DNA from: Eledone cirrhosa
Taxonomy: Eukaryota
Length of the DNA stretch: 64,000 nucleotides
Direction: 5' to 3'
NCBI GenBank assembly: GCA_964016885.1
Contig: OZ024740.1
Coordinates: 177,196,001-177,260,000, forward strand
The notes beneath the pieces were generated by a model, which was given only the letters and a program-made list of their open reading frames with translations, had not been told where the DNA came from and did not search any database. Positions 41,385 through 55,234 of this stretch are shown one piece after another. The translations under genes and the position numbers were made by a program. Within the stretch, counting starts at the first letter, position 1; each line of letters starts with the position of its first letter.

Positions 41385-42201
41385 ATCCTCTTCATCATTT
41401 ACATGAACAGGATTGAAATGCGAGGCAGGGCTGGAAGTGGTATCATGACTGGTGGGTGTAAAATCAGTTGGCTGGAATTTGCAGACGACATGGTGTTACT
41501 TAACTCGACAGAAGGTGATCTCCGACTTGCATTCGATAGGTTTGATGCCGAGTGTTGCATGGCTGGAATAAAAATCAATGCTGGGAAGACTGAGACAATC
41601 GTCCTCTCAAGTAAGCCTGTGCAGTGTACTCTAATGGTCTTCCACTGAAGCAGGTAAAGAAGTTCGAGAATCTCGGGGCCGTGTTCATGAGTGATGAAGG
41701 ACTACATCTGGTGCAGTAATGCGCCAGTTTCAGCATTCAGTAATCAGAAGAAAGGAGGTAGGCGTAAAAGCCAAACTCGCTATATTCAATTCAGTATTCG
41801 TGCCAACCCTTACCTATGATCATGAATTTTGGGTATTGACCGAAAGAATACGATCACAAATACAAACGGCTGAAAGGTTTTGGGAGTTACTTGATAGAAT
41901 GCGTAGCTCGGAGATCAGAGACTCACTCCAGGTAGAGCCACTACTTCTCCGAAATGAGAGATCACAGTTTCAATACAATGGGCATGTGGTTAGAATATAT
42001 CAGGACAGAATCGCTGGACAGATTTTACAGGCAAAACCAACCGGCAGGATAACATCCATGAGCTTGTGGCTGGTCTCGCTTGGGGATCCAACCGGATCAG
42101 TTGGAGTCGGTTGCTACTGACAGGAACCGTTGGAAGGAGTGTCTGAGGACTCTGTCAAGAAGAAGAAGAAGAAGAAGAAGAAGAAGAAGAAGAAGAAGAA
42201 G
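41385..42201 (+). mobile_element. RTE-clade LINE 3' fragment with (AAG)n tail
   Basis: LEFADDMVLL, INAGKTE, FVPTLTY.HEFW, EPLLL..ERSQ..GHVVR; tail at 42157-42201. Confidence 0.85.
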
Positions 42202-43043
42202 ATTTGGATTAAATGGTGTACGCTATTGTTCCAGCTCTCTGTGTTGTGGTTTCAAATCAAGCCTATAGAGACATGATAGAATTGTTGTTCATATAAAGAA
42301 AGAAGGAAAAAACATCGACGAAATCCCTTCTGAGATAAAACTTCATAGGAAGTCAATTAAAACTACAAGTGGTGAGCCGTGACAACAATAACGAGTTACA
42401 TTATTGAATATGAAATGAGGAAAAACGAAGTTTACTACGTGTGGATTTGAACCGGGATTGTAAAAAATATATATGAAAAGGCAAATGGGGCAAAAAATGT
42501 TGATCTAATCTCATTTATTTGACAGTTGAGATGATCTTAGAGCGTGTGTTAAAACTAAAACAATTTTGTCGTGAAAGAGTCGTTTTAGTCTTCAAAACCC
42601 CATAAAAACTATTAACATGGCGTTATATTTATCATATATTTTGTAGTGTCAAAAATATCGTCGTAAGAAGTTCCATGAAAATTTTATCACGAATAAATAA
42701 ATGATAAATATGAAGTAAACTTAATAAATTTGGTGCTGTTTTGAATGGTTAAACGACTCTTTCACGATGTAATTATTTTAGTCTTGTATTTCGCAGGATC
42801 CAAAACTTCCATCACTTCTAAAAGGTAAAATCTTAGGAATCAGAGAGTAACAGAGGAAGGTTATTGAAGGGAGATAGATATAGATAGAGAGAAAGGTTGG
42901 AATAAAATAAATGAGAATCAAATCTAAGTAAAATAACGATAGAACAACCAGCAAGAGACGAGCGGGTGAGTGGGGTAGAAAGTAATTGAAAGTATAAAAG
43001 GTGTGAGACTATGTTTGTGTATGTGTATGGAAGATATAGAATT

Positions 43044-43128
<85 letters not shown>

Positions 43129-43274
43129 AGTTTGCTTGAAAGGGTAAAAAATGGAAACAGAAAAAGTGAGAAACGGAGAATGATAGAAAAGTAGAAAGAA
43201 TGAGTGAAATTTTTAGATTGTGCTTGTGTGCGAGAACTAGTCAGAGAAAGACAGAAAGGTCACAAAGAGTGAGT

Positions 43275-43345
<71 letters not shown>

Positions 43346-44098
43346 AGAGAGAGTGGGACAGACAGATAGACAGAAGGGGAGAGAGTAACGAGAGAGCGTC
43401 AGAGTGAGAAAGAAAGAGACATAAAGTGAGATAGAGATAGATTATGTGTGCATGTGTGAGGTACAGAGTCAGTGAAGAAAATAGGCAAAGAGAGAGGGGG
43501 TGGGTGGGTGAGAGAGAGATACAGACAGAGGGACAAACAGAAAAACAGAAAAAGAAAAAGAGAAAGCGCATGTAAATAGAATATATATGATGTAGTGAAA
43601 GAAGATAATGTGAATTGAATGACAAGTAATACATTATATTGATATTTTAACAATAACATCAAACAACAATAACACTAATAACAACAACAACTACAGCAAG
43701 CGCAACAACAATAACTACAATAACAGCAATAGCAGCTGCGAAGTCCTGTTCTAATTTTATTTTATTTTTCATTATTTTTTTATCATTTAACAACTATAAA
43801 CTTATAGGATTTTGTAATTACTCTTTCTCCCATTATACAGAATTCCGTCTAGAGTTATCCTGAAAACAAAAACTGGATGATGATGCTGGAACGACAGAAA
43901 GACGCCGAGGCATGATGGCGACAGTAAGAAAAAAAAAGTGAAGAGAATTCTGCGTCGTGAAGACGCCGTAGCGAGTAGGCGGGTATGTGTTGCGAGCAAA
44001 GATTTATTCAGTGTTTGCGTTATAAACTGCTTATTTATTATTATTTTTTTTACTTCTTCTTCTCACCCCGTCCTGGCGAGAGACCGATAGAGCGAGCA

Positions 44099-44171
<73 letters not shown>

Positions 44172-44984
44172 AGATAGGGAGTAAAGAAGAGGTTGAGCAG
44201 TGATCGGGCAAGTTGTAAAGGAGACGCTCCATAAACACCTTCTCGAATGTCTCCCACCTCGTTCTTATGACCTGAAGATATAGAATTAAAATGAAAGGTT
44301 AAAGGGCAAGATGATCAATCTTTAAAGAAAGAAGGCCTACCTCCAAAGCAACAACGTCAACGACAGCAACAACAACAATAAAAACCAACAACAACAGTAA
44401 CCGTACCGCCATCAACAACAACAACAAAACAACACTAAGATCAATAACAAGACTCAATCTTCATATTTTATCTATCGTTCTTTCAGTAACATTTTCGAAG
44501 AAATGTTAAAGATAGGCGCAGACATGGCTGAGTATTCAAGATCTCTTCGCAGCCTTGTGGCTCTGGATACAATTACGCTGTGCGGCGCCACGGACAAGTG
44601 AATTCTCAAATAGCCTCAAGTTAACCAATGCATTGGGTGTGGAATTCAATACAATGGAACCCCATAACTCCATTACAATATATATATATGAATGAAAAAT
44701 AGAGCGAGAAACGGGACTGTCCATCATCAGTGATCTTCTGACTATCATCGGTATTTCTTCGCATTAAAGACCAGACACCTCAAAATCAGTGCGAGCTATA
44801 ACTAAAATAAGTTATTGGGACAGAGCGAATTGGATGGAGAAAGTGGGACAGTAAACAAACAAAAATAGTAATGCAACGTAAAGAGAGGAAATGAGAGACA
44901 AGTCAATGATACATGTGAACTTAAGTTCGACCAAATCAACGACGAGAGACGGCAGACGCATCCGAACCCTGCGAAATATATATA

Positions 44985-45175
44985 TATCCATAATTAAATT
45001 AAGGGTGTCTTGTCCGACACATATCCACCGTAGAATAAGCTCCAGGATTCCAATGAATAGATCCGAGCATTACCTACCTAGCTGTGTGTGCTTACACACT
45101 TTACAAATTATCCCCTGTGATTGTTTCATGTGTTTATTTTATATATATATATATATATGTCAATCAATTTCTAGT

Positions 45176-45180
<5 letters not shown>
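44985..45180. mobile_element. Rearranged head-to-head copy of the 62530-62885 element
   Basis: 44985-45060 is the reverse complement of ~62793-62870; 45071-45180 matches 62677-62780. Confidence 0.75.
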
Positions 45181-45240
<60 letters not shown>

Positions 45241-45246
<6 letters not shown>

Positions 45247-45943
45247 CAGCGAGATCGTATTTCGGTGGTGGCCAAAAACAAAACGGAACGCAAATTTCGA
45301 GACATGCGGAAGCGCTCAATGGACTAAAAGAAGACCAGAACAATTAACATACGTTATAGAGTCCAGACAAAATGAAAACTGTGGTCGTGAATCTATCAGC
45401 CAACCGAGCCAAAAAAAAACGAAGTAAGCTAAACAGGTTAACAAAACAATTTACCTGTTTCTGACCTCCTGGAAATTGATGGTAGAATCCAGTGGGAGGT
45501 TTCTGTGACACCTAAATCAATTATACTGCCTGCTTTCGTTGTAAGCTTTTGGTATAACGATGGAACAAGGCTGCCATTTCGTCAACAGGTATTTTGTTCT
45601 CAGCCGGCCAGCAGGTTCTAATGCAGTAGTAAACTACCCCACGTGTTTACCCTGCAAGGGAGGTAACTCCGATTTTTGGCGGATGCATTCAGAATGTGTA
45701 AAAATATTGCAAGAATTGCAAAAAACAGCACAAATCGAATTAAGCTCTCGACCGGGTTATTTTTAAATAAACTTAAGCAATTAATCAGTCAATAGAATTG
45801 TCTAATAGAATTAACTAATTAATTGCTAGCCCCGGGAGATTAATACAAATATAATTTCAGCGAGATCGTATTTCGGTGGTGGCCAAACACAAAGCGGAAC
45901 GCAAATTTCGAGATATGCGGCTCAACATACGTTATAGAGGCCA
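45241..45943 (-). mobile_element. ~611-nt monomer family copy, 1.15 tandem units
   Basis: 45241 onward is repeated from 45852; homologous to the 11-kb and 18-kb copies; starts at (TA)n. Confidence 0.85.
45453..45590 (-). ncRNA. Variant hammerhead ribozyme
   Basis: ACCTG TTGACGA A; stem II TGGCAGCCT/AGGTGTCA; GAAA; stem III CCTC/GAGG plus CTGGA/TCCAG; TC; stem I register disturbed. Confidence 0.65.
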
Positions 45944-46018
45944 TATATATTTATCCTTATCGAGCCTTCTTTGGATTTTAGTCTTCAAATTTATTATTAT
46001 TACTATATATATATATAT

Positions 46019-46156
46019 ATTCATTTATTATGGCTATTGGTGAGCTTTGTTACTCTAAAGTTCCCCCTGAGCACTCATAGGATCACCAGTCTTGTCTGGT
46101 GAGTACGTAGGTAGGTGAGACTCCAGAGTAACAAGGCTTAGCCATAATAAATGAAT
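46019..46156. repeat. Imperfect fold-back element next to (TA)n
   Basis: ATTCATTTATTATGGCTA/TAGCCATAATAAATGAAT outer arms, TTGTTACTCT/AGAGTAACAA and TCACCAG/CTGGTGA inner arms. Confidence 0.75.
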
Positions 46157-46479
46157 AATTAAACTCTACTTAGGTTTGAGTTTTCATTTTTACGTCTGCC
46201 AACCCCTCGGTTTTTATTCCATCCGCTTATTAAATATTGCTAGTCTCTCTCCGGCGAAATGTTATTGTAAGTGATTCATATTGATACAGTAGCTGGAAAA
46301 TCAAATAATAACTTCATTTTACATTTAAAAACATTATATATGACAAAAGAAGAAAATTACAAGAAATCCCATGTTTATGAACGTGCACTATACAAATACT
46401 GGTTTCCCAAGCCCATATTTATTGCCACCGCTCTTTTAATTTGGGACCTGAGTGTGCCACCAATCTTTCCTCCTCTCTA

Positions 46480-47177
46480 TGTCTATCACACAAAGCTCTC
46501 TTTTAATCCCCCTCTCTGTATCTAATAAAACCAAACTCTACCCTCTCTATATCTACCATGACACCGCCTCTCTTATCCCACTCTCTATATACACTCTCAC
46601 ACTATAAATATCTACATTTATCTCTCCTAATCCCCCCTCTCTATATCTACTCCACGGTACTTTCTTGCAATATCAGTTAACATCAAACTATCCCTATCTC
46701 TATATCTAATACACGGAACTCTCTTCCAGTCCTCCTCTCTATAACAATAAACACCAATCTCTCCCCGCTCTCTATATCTAATATGCAACACACTCTCCCA
46801 ACCCTCTCTCTATATCAATTACCACCAAACTATCCACCTCTCTATATTTATCAATACCTATCTCTATCAATCCTCTCACTCTATTCATTACCACTAAAGC
46901 TCTCCCCCTCTCTACATCAACCATACAACGGTCTCTCGAAATCTCCCCTCTATATCAATTAACACGAAACTCTCCTCCCCCCTATATCTACTACTAGGAA
47001 CTCTCTTCCAATCCCCCTCTCTATATCAATTAACACCAAACTCTCCATCTCTTTATATCTAGTACACAGAACTCTCTTTCAATACCCCTCTCTATATCAA
47101 TTAACACCAAACTATCCCCCTCTCTATATCAAATACAGTGAACTCTCTTCCAATCTCCTCTCTATATCAATTACCAC
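46480..47177. repeat. CT-rich minisatellite (~32+36-bp dimeric unit), resuming at 52757-52880
   Basis: Recurrent CTCTATATCAATTAACACCAAACT and CTCTATATCTA...GAACTCTCTTCCAAT units. Confidence 0.85.
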
Positions 47178-47378
47178 TTGATATAGACGTGAATTACTTC
47201 GCTCCGGATTTTTACGGATTATTGTAAAAAAAACTGTGAGTTCATTGCTCAATTTAATAGCATTGTTTAGTTTAACCCCTTGCCTGGGCCTTCAGACGTT
47301 GAGTCAACTAATTTTCACCCCTTTCTGGGGCGAAATTTTCATTTTCATCTCAAAACTGTGTAGACTTGGTAGTCAGCA

Positions 47379-48512
47379 ATGGATGCCATTTCCGCCTCGC
47401 ACACTGTCGTGAGTGCCACGCCCACTAAGAAAAGTGGTGGAGGGAAGGTAGGAGTACAAAGCTTGCAGCCTTCCCCCATCGCATTATCGAAAAACGTTGA
47501 AAATATTGAAACCACGAAACCAAACCCGGTAAATAATACCAGCACCAACAACAAGAACAATGACAATAATACCACAACCAACAACTGCAACAATAGCAAC
47601 ACCAAGGAAAACATGAACAATATTACCAACAGTGACAACAACATCAAAACAACATTCGCACAGACTTTAAAAAAAAACGAACTATACACGCCAATAGACA
47701 TAACAAATGCTAAACAACTATTACAAGACGCAAAACAATTAGTGACTTTTGGCAAAAACGGTACATTTAGCATCAATTCTCCACAGGAATTACGTAGAGA
47801 GGCTGTCCTGAAAATTGTGGTTTTCAGGACAATATCGAACGAAACAAGAAAACCAGCTCAATTATCACAAAATGAAATTGAGCTGGTTCTAAAAGATGCA
47901 ATGAAGGACATAACCTTCATTCAAAAAGGTAAACTGTTTGGTAGCATTTCGGTGCTAATGAACAACCAGTCAACAGCACAAAAGTACTCGCTATCACCCA
48001 TTGTGTGTCCCCGCTTCACCTTTTTCCCCACATACAGGGGAAAAAGGACACAAAGAATAAAAATAATGAGTATCACACCAAATGTAAATATTTGGTGGAT
48101 ACTATGTGGAATCATTGACTTTGATGAAGATAAGATAATTTCAATAGGAAAGTCCTCCGGAGGTGTATTTGGTGGGACCAGCGTAGAAGTTCTGGTACAA
48201 ATGAGCCCAGAACGAATAACGAATATCCCACAACGCGTGCCTCTGGACGGGCTAACTTATATAAACATTTCAGTGGAGGGAAGGCGGCCGTCATGTTACA
48301 ACTGCTTAAGAAGGGGTCACCTTAGGGCTGCCTGTCCTCAATTAACGAGTAAAAAAAAAAGGCTCTTCTGCCAACCCCGAACACAACAACACAACCACCA
48401 CCACCACCACCACCACCACCACAACAACAACAACAACAACCACAACAAAACCCCAAAATATACCCCTCCCCAACAACACGGAAGAGGACTCCGTATCAAC
48501 GTCACCCAGTGA
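47379..48512 (+). CDS. LINE ORF1 protein with CCHC zinc knuckle (3' part probably frameshifted)
   Basis: 377-aa ORF with VEGRRPSCYNCLRRGHLRAAC; low-complexity tail follows an A10 run. Confidence 0.8.
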   Translation: MDAISASHTVVSATPTKKSGGGKVGVQSLQPSPIALSKNVENIETTKPNPVNNTSTNNKNNDNNTTTNNCNNSNTKENMNNITNSDNNIKTTFAQTLKKNELYTPIDITNAKQLLQDAKQLVTFGKNGTFSINSPQELRREAVLKIVVFRTISNETRKPAQLSQNEIELVLKDAMKDITFIQKGKLFGSISVLMNNQSTAQKYSLSPIVCPRFTFFPTYRGKRTQRIKIMSITPNVNIWWILCGIIDFDEDKIISIGKSSGGVFGGTSVEVLVQMSPERITNIPQRVPLDGLTYINISVEGRRPSCYNCLRRGHLRAACPQLTSKKKRLFCQPRTQQHNHHHHHHHHHNNNNNNHNKTPKYTPPQQHGRGLRINVTQ

Positions 48513-49100
48513 CGACGAGGGAGAACCCTTTCAACAGGTGAAAAGGAAAAAAAAAGGCACCACATTAACAAAAATGCTACAAACACACAACCACCAGCAC
48601 AAACAGAACAAACTTCACAAACAAAAAAACCCAGCCTCCCCAAAACATAACACAGTACAAAACGCAAACACGCACAAGAACAACAAACAAAAACAAACAC
48701 AACAAAAACTCTATACATACATTAACAAGAACAATAAAACGTTGATGAAAGCAATAGAAAATAACGCTTCGGTGGAAACCGAGGGGACCACTTTCACCTA
48801 CGCAGCGAACAAACCGCACCTAATGATGATTAGGGTCCCAACGGAAACCTATGTAACTTTGAAAAAGAACCATCCAATGCATGTGGGGACCAACTGCACC
48901 AAACCACTTAACCACGTCCTATTGAGATGTTTCCCCACCCCCACACCCCACCAAACACCCTAATCCCACCACACACTGATGTCCTCACCCCACCAAACAA
49001 CCCTTCCAACGCCCCCATGGAAATTGTGCAGCCTGGTCCCCAGGAGACGAAGAGGTAAGTAATTTCCTTTCCTCTTCCTTTTTACCTCTTCAGCACCAAC

Positions 49101-52100
49101 ATGGCCAATATAAGAGTTGGATGTGTGAATGCACGCGGCTTGGGGATGTCCTGGAAACAGGGCAATCTCTTAAATGACCTCAGGTCGCACAGAGTGGATG
49201 TAATGGTTATTTGCGAGTCCAGGATCAGCAGCGAGCGCCAACTGGCCCCCATCTTCGACGACTTTGAGATCTACGCATCTCTCTGTCAGCCGAGGGGTGG
49301 GGGTGAGGTTGTCGTTCTGCTGCGAAAATACCTGGGTCTTGCCACACAGAAGGTACACCTGGAACCGGAGGGTCGACTGGTGGTTTTAGACGTCGGCAGT
49401 GGTGAAGGTGGAGCTTTCAGGCTGGTGGCAGCGTATGCCCCATCTGGGACACCGCGACCGGACTTCTTCCGACGCCTGGAGAATTTCCTGGGAACGTCTC
49501 GCTCCTTGCTTTTAGTGGGGGACTGGAATGGTATCCTGGATGCACGTTGGGACTATGTAGGGGCATGTCCCGATAGAGGGGGTGTGTAACAGCCTCAAAC
49601 GATTAATCGGCCGATTTGATCTGGCCGATAGATATCGACTAGATTTTTCCGACTGTGCCACGGTGGACGTGGAGTAATCGCAGCGAAACATCTTGGTCGT
49701 ATCTAGATAGGTTCCTAGTTAGAAATAAGGATAGGGACATATTAAGCTGTCCACGAATGTTCATGGTTGACTATTCGGATCGCAAGTTGGTGACCGGAGT
49801 GGTCAACCTTGATAGAACTCATAGACAGGGACCCGGTTACTGGAAGCTAAACTTGTCTTTACCGACAAACAAAGCTTACAGTAAGCGTATTAGCACACTA
49901 GTTAAGCAGCGTTTGACGGGGGCAATTGTCAACAACAGGTGGTGGGCTCTCTCAAGAGAGAAATTAGAATAGAATCGATAGGTTTTAGTCGGGAATTAGC
50001 ATCAGATAGGAATAGAACTGAAAGGGAATTAACAAATAGAGTAGAAGAGGCGATTAGGAGTGGCAACCTGGCCGGCGTGCTGGCGTCAAGAACGGCCCTA
50101 AACCAGTTATTTGATGCGAAGCACGAGGGCTGCGTTGTCAGGAGTAAAATACGTGCTCTGTTAGCTGGGCCCGAGTGACAGAGGCAAAAAGTGGAAACAA
50201 TTCCACGATTCGGTCTTTGAAGGACCAGGATGGACGCGTGATCCTTGAACCTGAGCGGATGAGCGCGGCCTTTCAACGGCGCTTTGCACGACTGTTCGGG
50301 AGGGGCGGCGGGCCGGGTGGGGCCATGGATTTCGGTCCATACCTCGACGGTCTGGCGCGGCTCTCAGACGGGGAGGCGAAGTCCTGCGAGAGGCCGATTT
50401 CAGCCGCTGAAATAGGGGAAGCGCTGAGCCAATGCGGCAAACGCAAATCTCCGGGTCTCGATGGTCTACCATACGAACTTTATGTAGCGATGCCGGGCTT
50501 GTTCTCCGGTCTCCTCGAGGGGGTCTACTGCAAATGGCAACAGAACGGGAGAATTCCCAGATTTGTGACCAAGGGCGTAGTCACGCTGGTGAGGAAGGAC
50601 GAGAACAAGGGGGATGACATAGATAACTTCAGGCCCATAACTCTGCTAAACACAGAGTTAAAGATTTTGGCCAAGGTGTTAGCGAAGAGGTTGGCGCTTG
50701 TCGTCGGGAACCTGGTGGGAGAAGCGCAGACATGCGCAATCCCGTCCAGGTCCATACACGACAACCTCCACCTCATGCGATACATCGTAGAGAGGGTAGG
50801 GAACGAACCCGGCTTTGGTGGGGCCCTGATCAACTTGGATCAATCTAAAGCGTTCGATAGGGTTGACCATCGGTACCTGGATGCGGTGCTCGCGGCGGCA
50901 GGATTCGGACCCGTTTTCAGGGGCTGGATTGCTGCAATGCACAGCAGCAACACCTGCTCGAGGGTCAAGGTGAACGGCTACCTCTCGGAGCCGTTCCAAA
51001 TCACGCGATCCATTCGACAGGGATGCCCTCTCTCCTCCCTCCTGTATGTGCTGGCTCTCGAGCCACTACTGCGGAAGCTGGAGCTGTTGCAGGGCATCCC
51101 CTTGGAACCGGGATTGCGGAAAGCGGTGTCGGCCTACGCCGATGACGTGACAGTAATGGTGTCGTGCGCCTCGGAAATCGGGCAGATCGGCACCTTACTG
51201 GAGGAATATGAAAGGTTCACAGGAGCCAAGCTGAACCGGGACAAGTCAGTCGGTTTGCAACTCGGGACGTGGAGGGGCAAAACGATGCCCTCCGACGGCA
51301 TCGTCGGACGCTGGACGGAGGGACCGGTGAAGCTGCTCGGGGTCTGGTTCGGACCGGACCTCCAGGTGGAGAAAAACTGGGACGAGGTAACGGGCAAGGT
51401 GTTTGCACTCGCCCAGAAGTGGGCCGAGTGCAAACTATCCCTGAAAGGTCGAGCGAAGGTGGCGAACGCTTATATAGCGTCCGTCATCTACTACCGCTTG
51501 ACCGTCGTGCCTTGCCCAAAGAAAACACTCGCCAAAATGGAGCGCGCGCTCTTCCGATTTCTTTGGAAGAAGCGGGCTCCTTTGGTGAGAAGATCCATCT
51601 GCTGTCAACACTCTTCGAACGGAGGGCTGGGGATGCCGTGGCTGACGATGCGTAGACACGCATTAAGGCTACGGCACCACCAGGTATTCCTCACCGGTCA
51701 GCCGGTGTGGGCCCTGTTTGTGAGGCGAGCCTTTCCGAGACTCGTCTCACTCACCGAGCTGCAATCCTGGGTCAAGCAAAGACCGAGAAAAGTGGGCGAC
51801 TGGCACATTGAATGTGCTCAGGCGCTCACGGCCCTCTGGCAAGCGGATTCGGCAATCAGTGGAGACTCAAGCTCAACAGTCTATAGAGGGTTGGTGCGCA
51901 GTAAGTGCGACGACGCTCTCAGAGAGGCTCTGGGCATGGAGGAAGACGAGCTGGCCAGTCTGTTCGGTCGGACGTTTGGCCCGGGACCGATGGACAACTT
52001 CCAAAAGTCCCTGGCTTGGCAATGTTACCGAGGAGCTCTACCCGTTCGGGACAAGCTCTACAGACACGGGCGCCCGGGTAGGGACCCCTCGAAGAAGATC

Positions 52101-52517
52101 TGCCCAAGATGCGTGCGTGACGAGGAAACCGTCTCGCACGCATTCGTACACTGCCCGGGCGTTGCTGACCTGTGGGGCTATGTAGAACGACTACTGTCGC
52201 GGGTGGGACCAATCCGGTTGACAACCGAGAACCTTGTCACAATCAAACCGCATCCCCCTTTCAAAAACGAAGGAGAGGCGGTTTTCCTCTGTGTGATAGC
52301 TATGGCGAAAGAAGTTGTATGGTGGACAAGGTTGAAAGGGCTGAGGTCAGACACCTTTCTCTCCGGCCAACAACTGGTCTTTTTTTTCAAGTACCACTTT
52401 AGAAGAAGGATCAGAATGGAGAGAGAGGTGCTCTACCCCAGCAAGTTTTATGAAAGATGGGTGAAAGTAGCGAGAATGGCCCGAGTGAATGGGCCTTCTC
52501 TCTATATCAGCCTGTAG
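49101..52517 (+). pseudogene. LINE ORF2: APE endonuclease, reverse transcriptase and C-terminal zinc finger (few frameshifts in the 5' third)
   Basis: GCVNARGL, GDWN, YLDRF, GYWKLN; KSPGLDG, FRPITLLN, KAFDRV, RQGCPLS, AYADD; CPRC..ETVSHAFVHC; 780-aa open segment 50175-52517. Confidence 0.93.
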
Positions 52518-53506
52518 GTGAGAGAGGAGAAGAATGAGAAGAGGAAGGAAGCACCCGCTCTTTGTGCTCCTGAAGAGGAGGGTTGCACATTTTTTCGGGG
52601 GTGTGTGCGACTCATGTCAACGCCCCTCCCTATTGAGGACATCGATTGTTAAATTTAATTTGTTATATGTTTTTTACACGTCTTTTTAAATGTATGTAAA
52701 CTCCCCCCTTTGTATTTGTCCCAATCTTTGATGCCCTGGTGGCAAATAAATAGAAATATATATCAATTAACACCAAACTCTCCCCCTCTCTATATTTACT
52801 ATATGGTACTCTCTTCCATTCCCCCTCTCTATATCAATTTACACCAAATTCTACCCCTCTCTATTTCTATATCTATCTCTCTCAGCTGTCTCTACATAAC
52901 ATGTACATACATTGTAGCGCATATACAAATAGATGTGTGTTTTGGTAGTTTGGGGAAAAAAATATTAGGTCACAATATATATATATATATATATAACAAG
53001 ATAAATATATATATATCTTCTTTTGACCTAAACTTTGGGAATAGTCTTAACGAGTCTACGGTGTCCAACCTACCCTAGTGAACATATATTTATATACACG
53101 ACAAACTATCGGATGACCGTGGACTCGCCTGAGTTCCTCCGCTTTTTGACGAATTTTAGTTTTTTATCCCGCAAGGTGCCTAAACTTATCACTCCTCACC
53201 AAGCAAACTTAGTAGGGTTGCCAGTTTAGCAGCCCAACACTTTCCTGGCACCGGCACCACTGAACATGCCCTTCTTCTAAGTCACGAACTAAAAGATGTT
53301 CCAGCATTGACCAGCCTCTATGTTGTTCAGATATTATATAACCAACGTGTCCGATTCTGTGAAAAATGTTGCAGGCTCTCAATTTAGCTCTTGTATCTTA
53401 CTTATTTAAACCACAATAATACGTTGGGACTATAATAATTGACTTGTATATTATCAGTAGCCATTGTAACAGAGGAATATCGTTATATATACTTATATAA
53501 TCTATA

Positions 53507-53860
53507 CTCTCGGGTCCCAAATAATAGGTGGGGTTAGAAAAGCAGTAATATTTCTATGTTATTTTTTTATTTTTTTAAAAAGAAAAACAAATTTCATATA
53601 TTGAGACCCAAACCCACCATGTTTATTTTATAATGTATGAGATTTCTTGAAATGTTCTTTTTTGTCATGTATACATTTTTTTTAATGTATAAAGAAAATT
53701 AATTGTCACAGGAATGCTAGCACCTAAAATAAAATTACGCCGGAGATAGATTAGCAAAAGTTAATAAGTGGGGCGGTTGGAACGAGGGCGGGTAAAGATC
53801 TGTAAAAATAATAAGTGGTGGTGTTGGTGGGGGGGGGGGGGATTATTCGAGACCCGAGAG
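53507..53860. mobile_element. MITE with ~19-bp terminal inverted repeats (Tc1/mariner-like)
   Basis: TA|CTCTCGGGTCCCAAATAAT ... ATTATTCGAGACCCGAGAG. Confidence 0.7.
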
Positions 53861-53937
53861 AATATATTTTAAATATCAAACTTTTAAACTACAATATAGT
53901 TTGGGGATTATAATAATTGATTTGTACATTATATGTA

Positions 53938-54295
53938 GGCGGCGAATCTGTAGAGTCACTAGATCGTCAGATAGAATGCTTTGCGGTATTCGTTTCGACT
54001 TTTTGCTCTCTGAGTTTAAATCACATTGAGGTCAACTTCGCCTCTCATCCATTCAATGTCGATAAAAGAAGTACCAGTTTAGTACTGGGGTATATTCTGT
54101 CTTTATATATCTTTGTCACTTCTATTCTCTCATTCCCTAGCCTTCTCTGGAAGAAATCTACTGTATTCAAAATTGGAGAAGAGATAGGCTCCGACAAGTT
54201 TAAAAAGATAATGCCCTAGAAATGCTGTCAATACGGTGAAATAGAAATGTATGTCAATACGGTGCCCCTACTACTCCCTCAAAAGTTACGGGACC
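53938..54295 (+). mobile_element. tRNA-derived SINE, long-tail subfamily
   Basis: Homologous to the adjacent copy at 54333-54662. Confidence 0.75.
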
Positions 54296-54332
54296 ATGAA
54301 TATGATTTTTAGCCATTGTAACAGAGGTACAT

Positions 54333-54662
54333 AAGCGGCGAATTGGCAAAGTCGTTAGAACGTCAGATAGAATGATGTGTGGTATTCCTTCCGGCTCTCT
54401 GCTCTCGGAGTTTAAATCCCGCCGAGGTCAACTTTGCCTTTCATCCTTTCGAGATCGATAAAAAAAAGTACCAGTCTAGTACTGGGATAGATTCTTCCTA
54501 TATATTTCTTTCTCATTTCCTCTCTCTCAATTTCTATCTTTCTCTGTAAGAAATCTGCTGTACTCAGGCCTGCAGAGGGATGGGCTCCGCTAGGTTTAAA
54601 ATGCCCTAGAAACGTCGCATGTCAACACGACGCCCCTACGATTCTGTCAGGAGTTACGGGAC
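54333..54662 (+). mobile_element. tRNA-derived SINE with 14-bp target-site duplication
   Basis: TAACAGAGGTACAT at 54319-54332 and 54663-54676. Confidence 0.85.
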
Positions 54663-54800
54663 TAACAGAGGTACATCGTTATGTACATCTTTATGATATG
54701 TCTATGTACATTCTTCTACTAATTGATACTCTGCTACGCTGCCTACATTTATTTCGTTATCATGCAGAGCCGCATACATCGTGCATGTTATGAAATTTCT

Positions 54801-54863
<63 letters not shown>

Positions 54864-54960
54864 AGGGGGTGTAACTTGGAGTTACTGCAGGTTCACCCGG
54901 GAGAGCACTCGATGTTTAGGTTCACTTCTGTGATGAGGTGTAGAGCTATACAGAGTGTAA

Positions 54961-55192
54961 TATATTGAAAGGATAACTGGGACGATTCGTTACTCCTTCA
55001 TTACATTCATTTGTAGGTGACGCGCGTGAATGCTATATTTTTCTTATAGCATTTTAAAGGGTCCGTCGAGCTGCCGATCATTGAGTCAGGTAAGATCGAT
55101 ACAGATCGAACCTTGAGCTGATCAGTGGCGAAACGCGCGTCACCTACCAATAAATGTAATGAAGGAGTAACCAATCGTCCTTGTTATCCTTT

Positions 55193-55200
<8 letters not shown>
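54961..55200. mobile_element. Fold-back element with degenerate HHR (55059-55145, +)
   Basis: Arms 54961-55027 and 55133-55199 with several mismatches; GGGT CCGTCGA, stem II GCTGCCGATCA/TGATCAGTGGC, GAAA CGCGCG TC ACCT, AATAAA. Confidence 0.7.

Positions 55201-55232
<32 letters not shown>

Positions 55233-55234
<2 letters not shown>

Larger units (their letters stand above)
47175..52758 (+). mobile_element. Near full-length Tx1/L1-clade non-LTR retrotransposon
   Basis: ORF1 plus ORF2, AATAAA at 52745, candidate target-site duplication TATATCAATTA (47163-47173 and 52759-52769). Confidence 0.92.

Noticed and set aside
46480-47177. CRISPR-like periodic array
   Set aside because: Degenerate tandem minisatellite without unique spacers, in eukaryotic DNA with no cas genes
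52565-52590. CTGAAGA in the LINE 3' UTR (similar lone hits near 19057 and 44271)
   Set aside because: No supporting stems or GAAA
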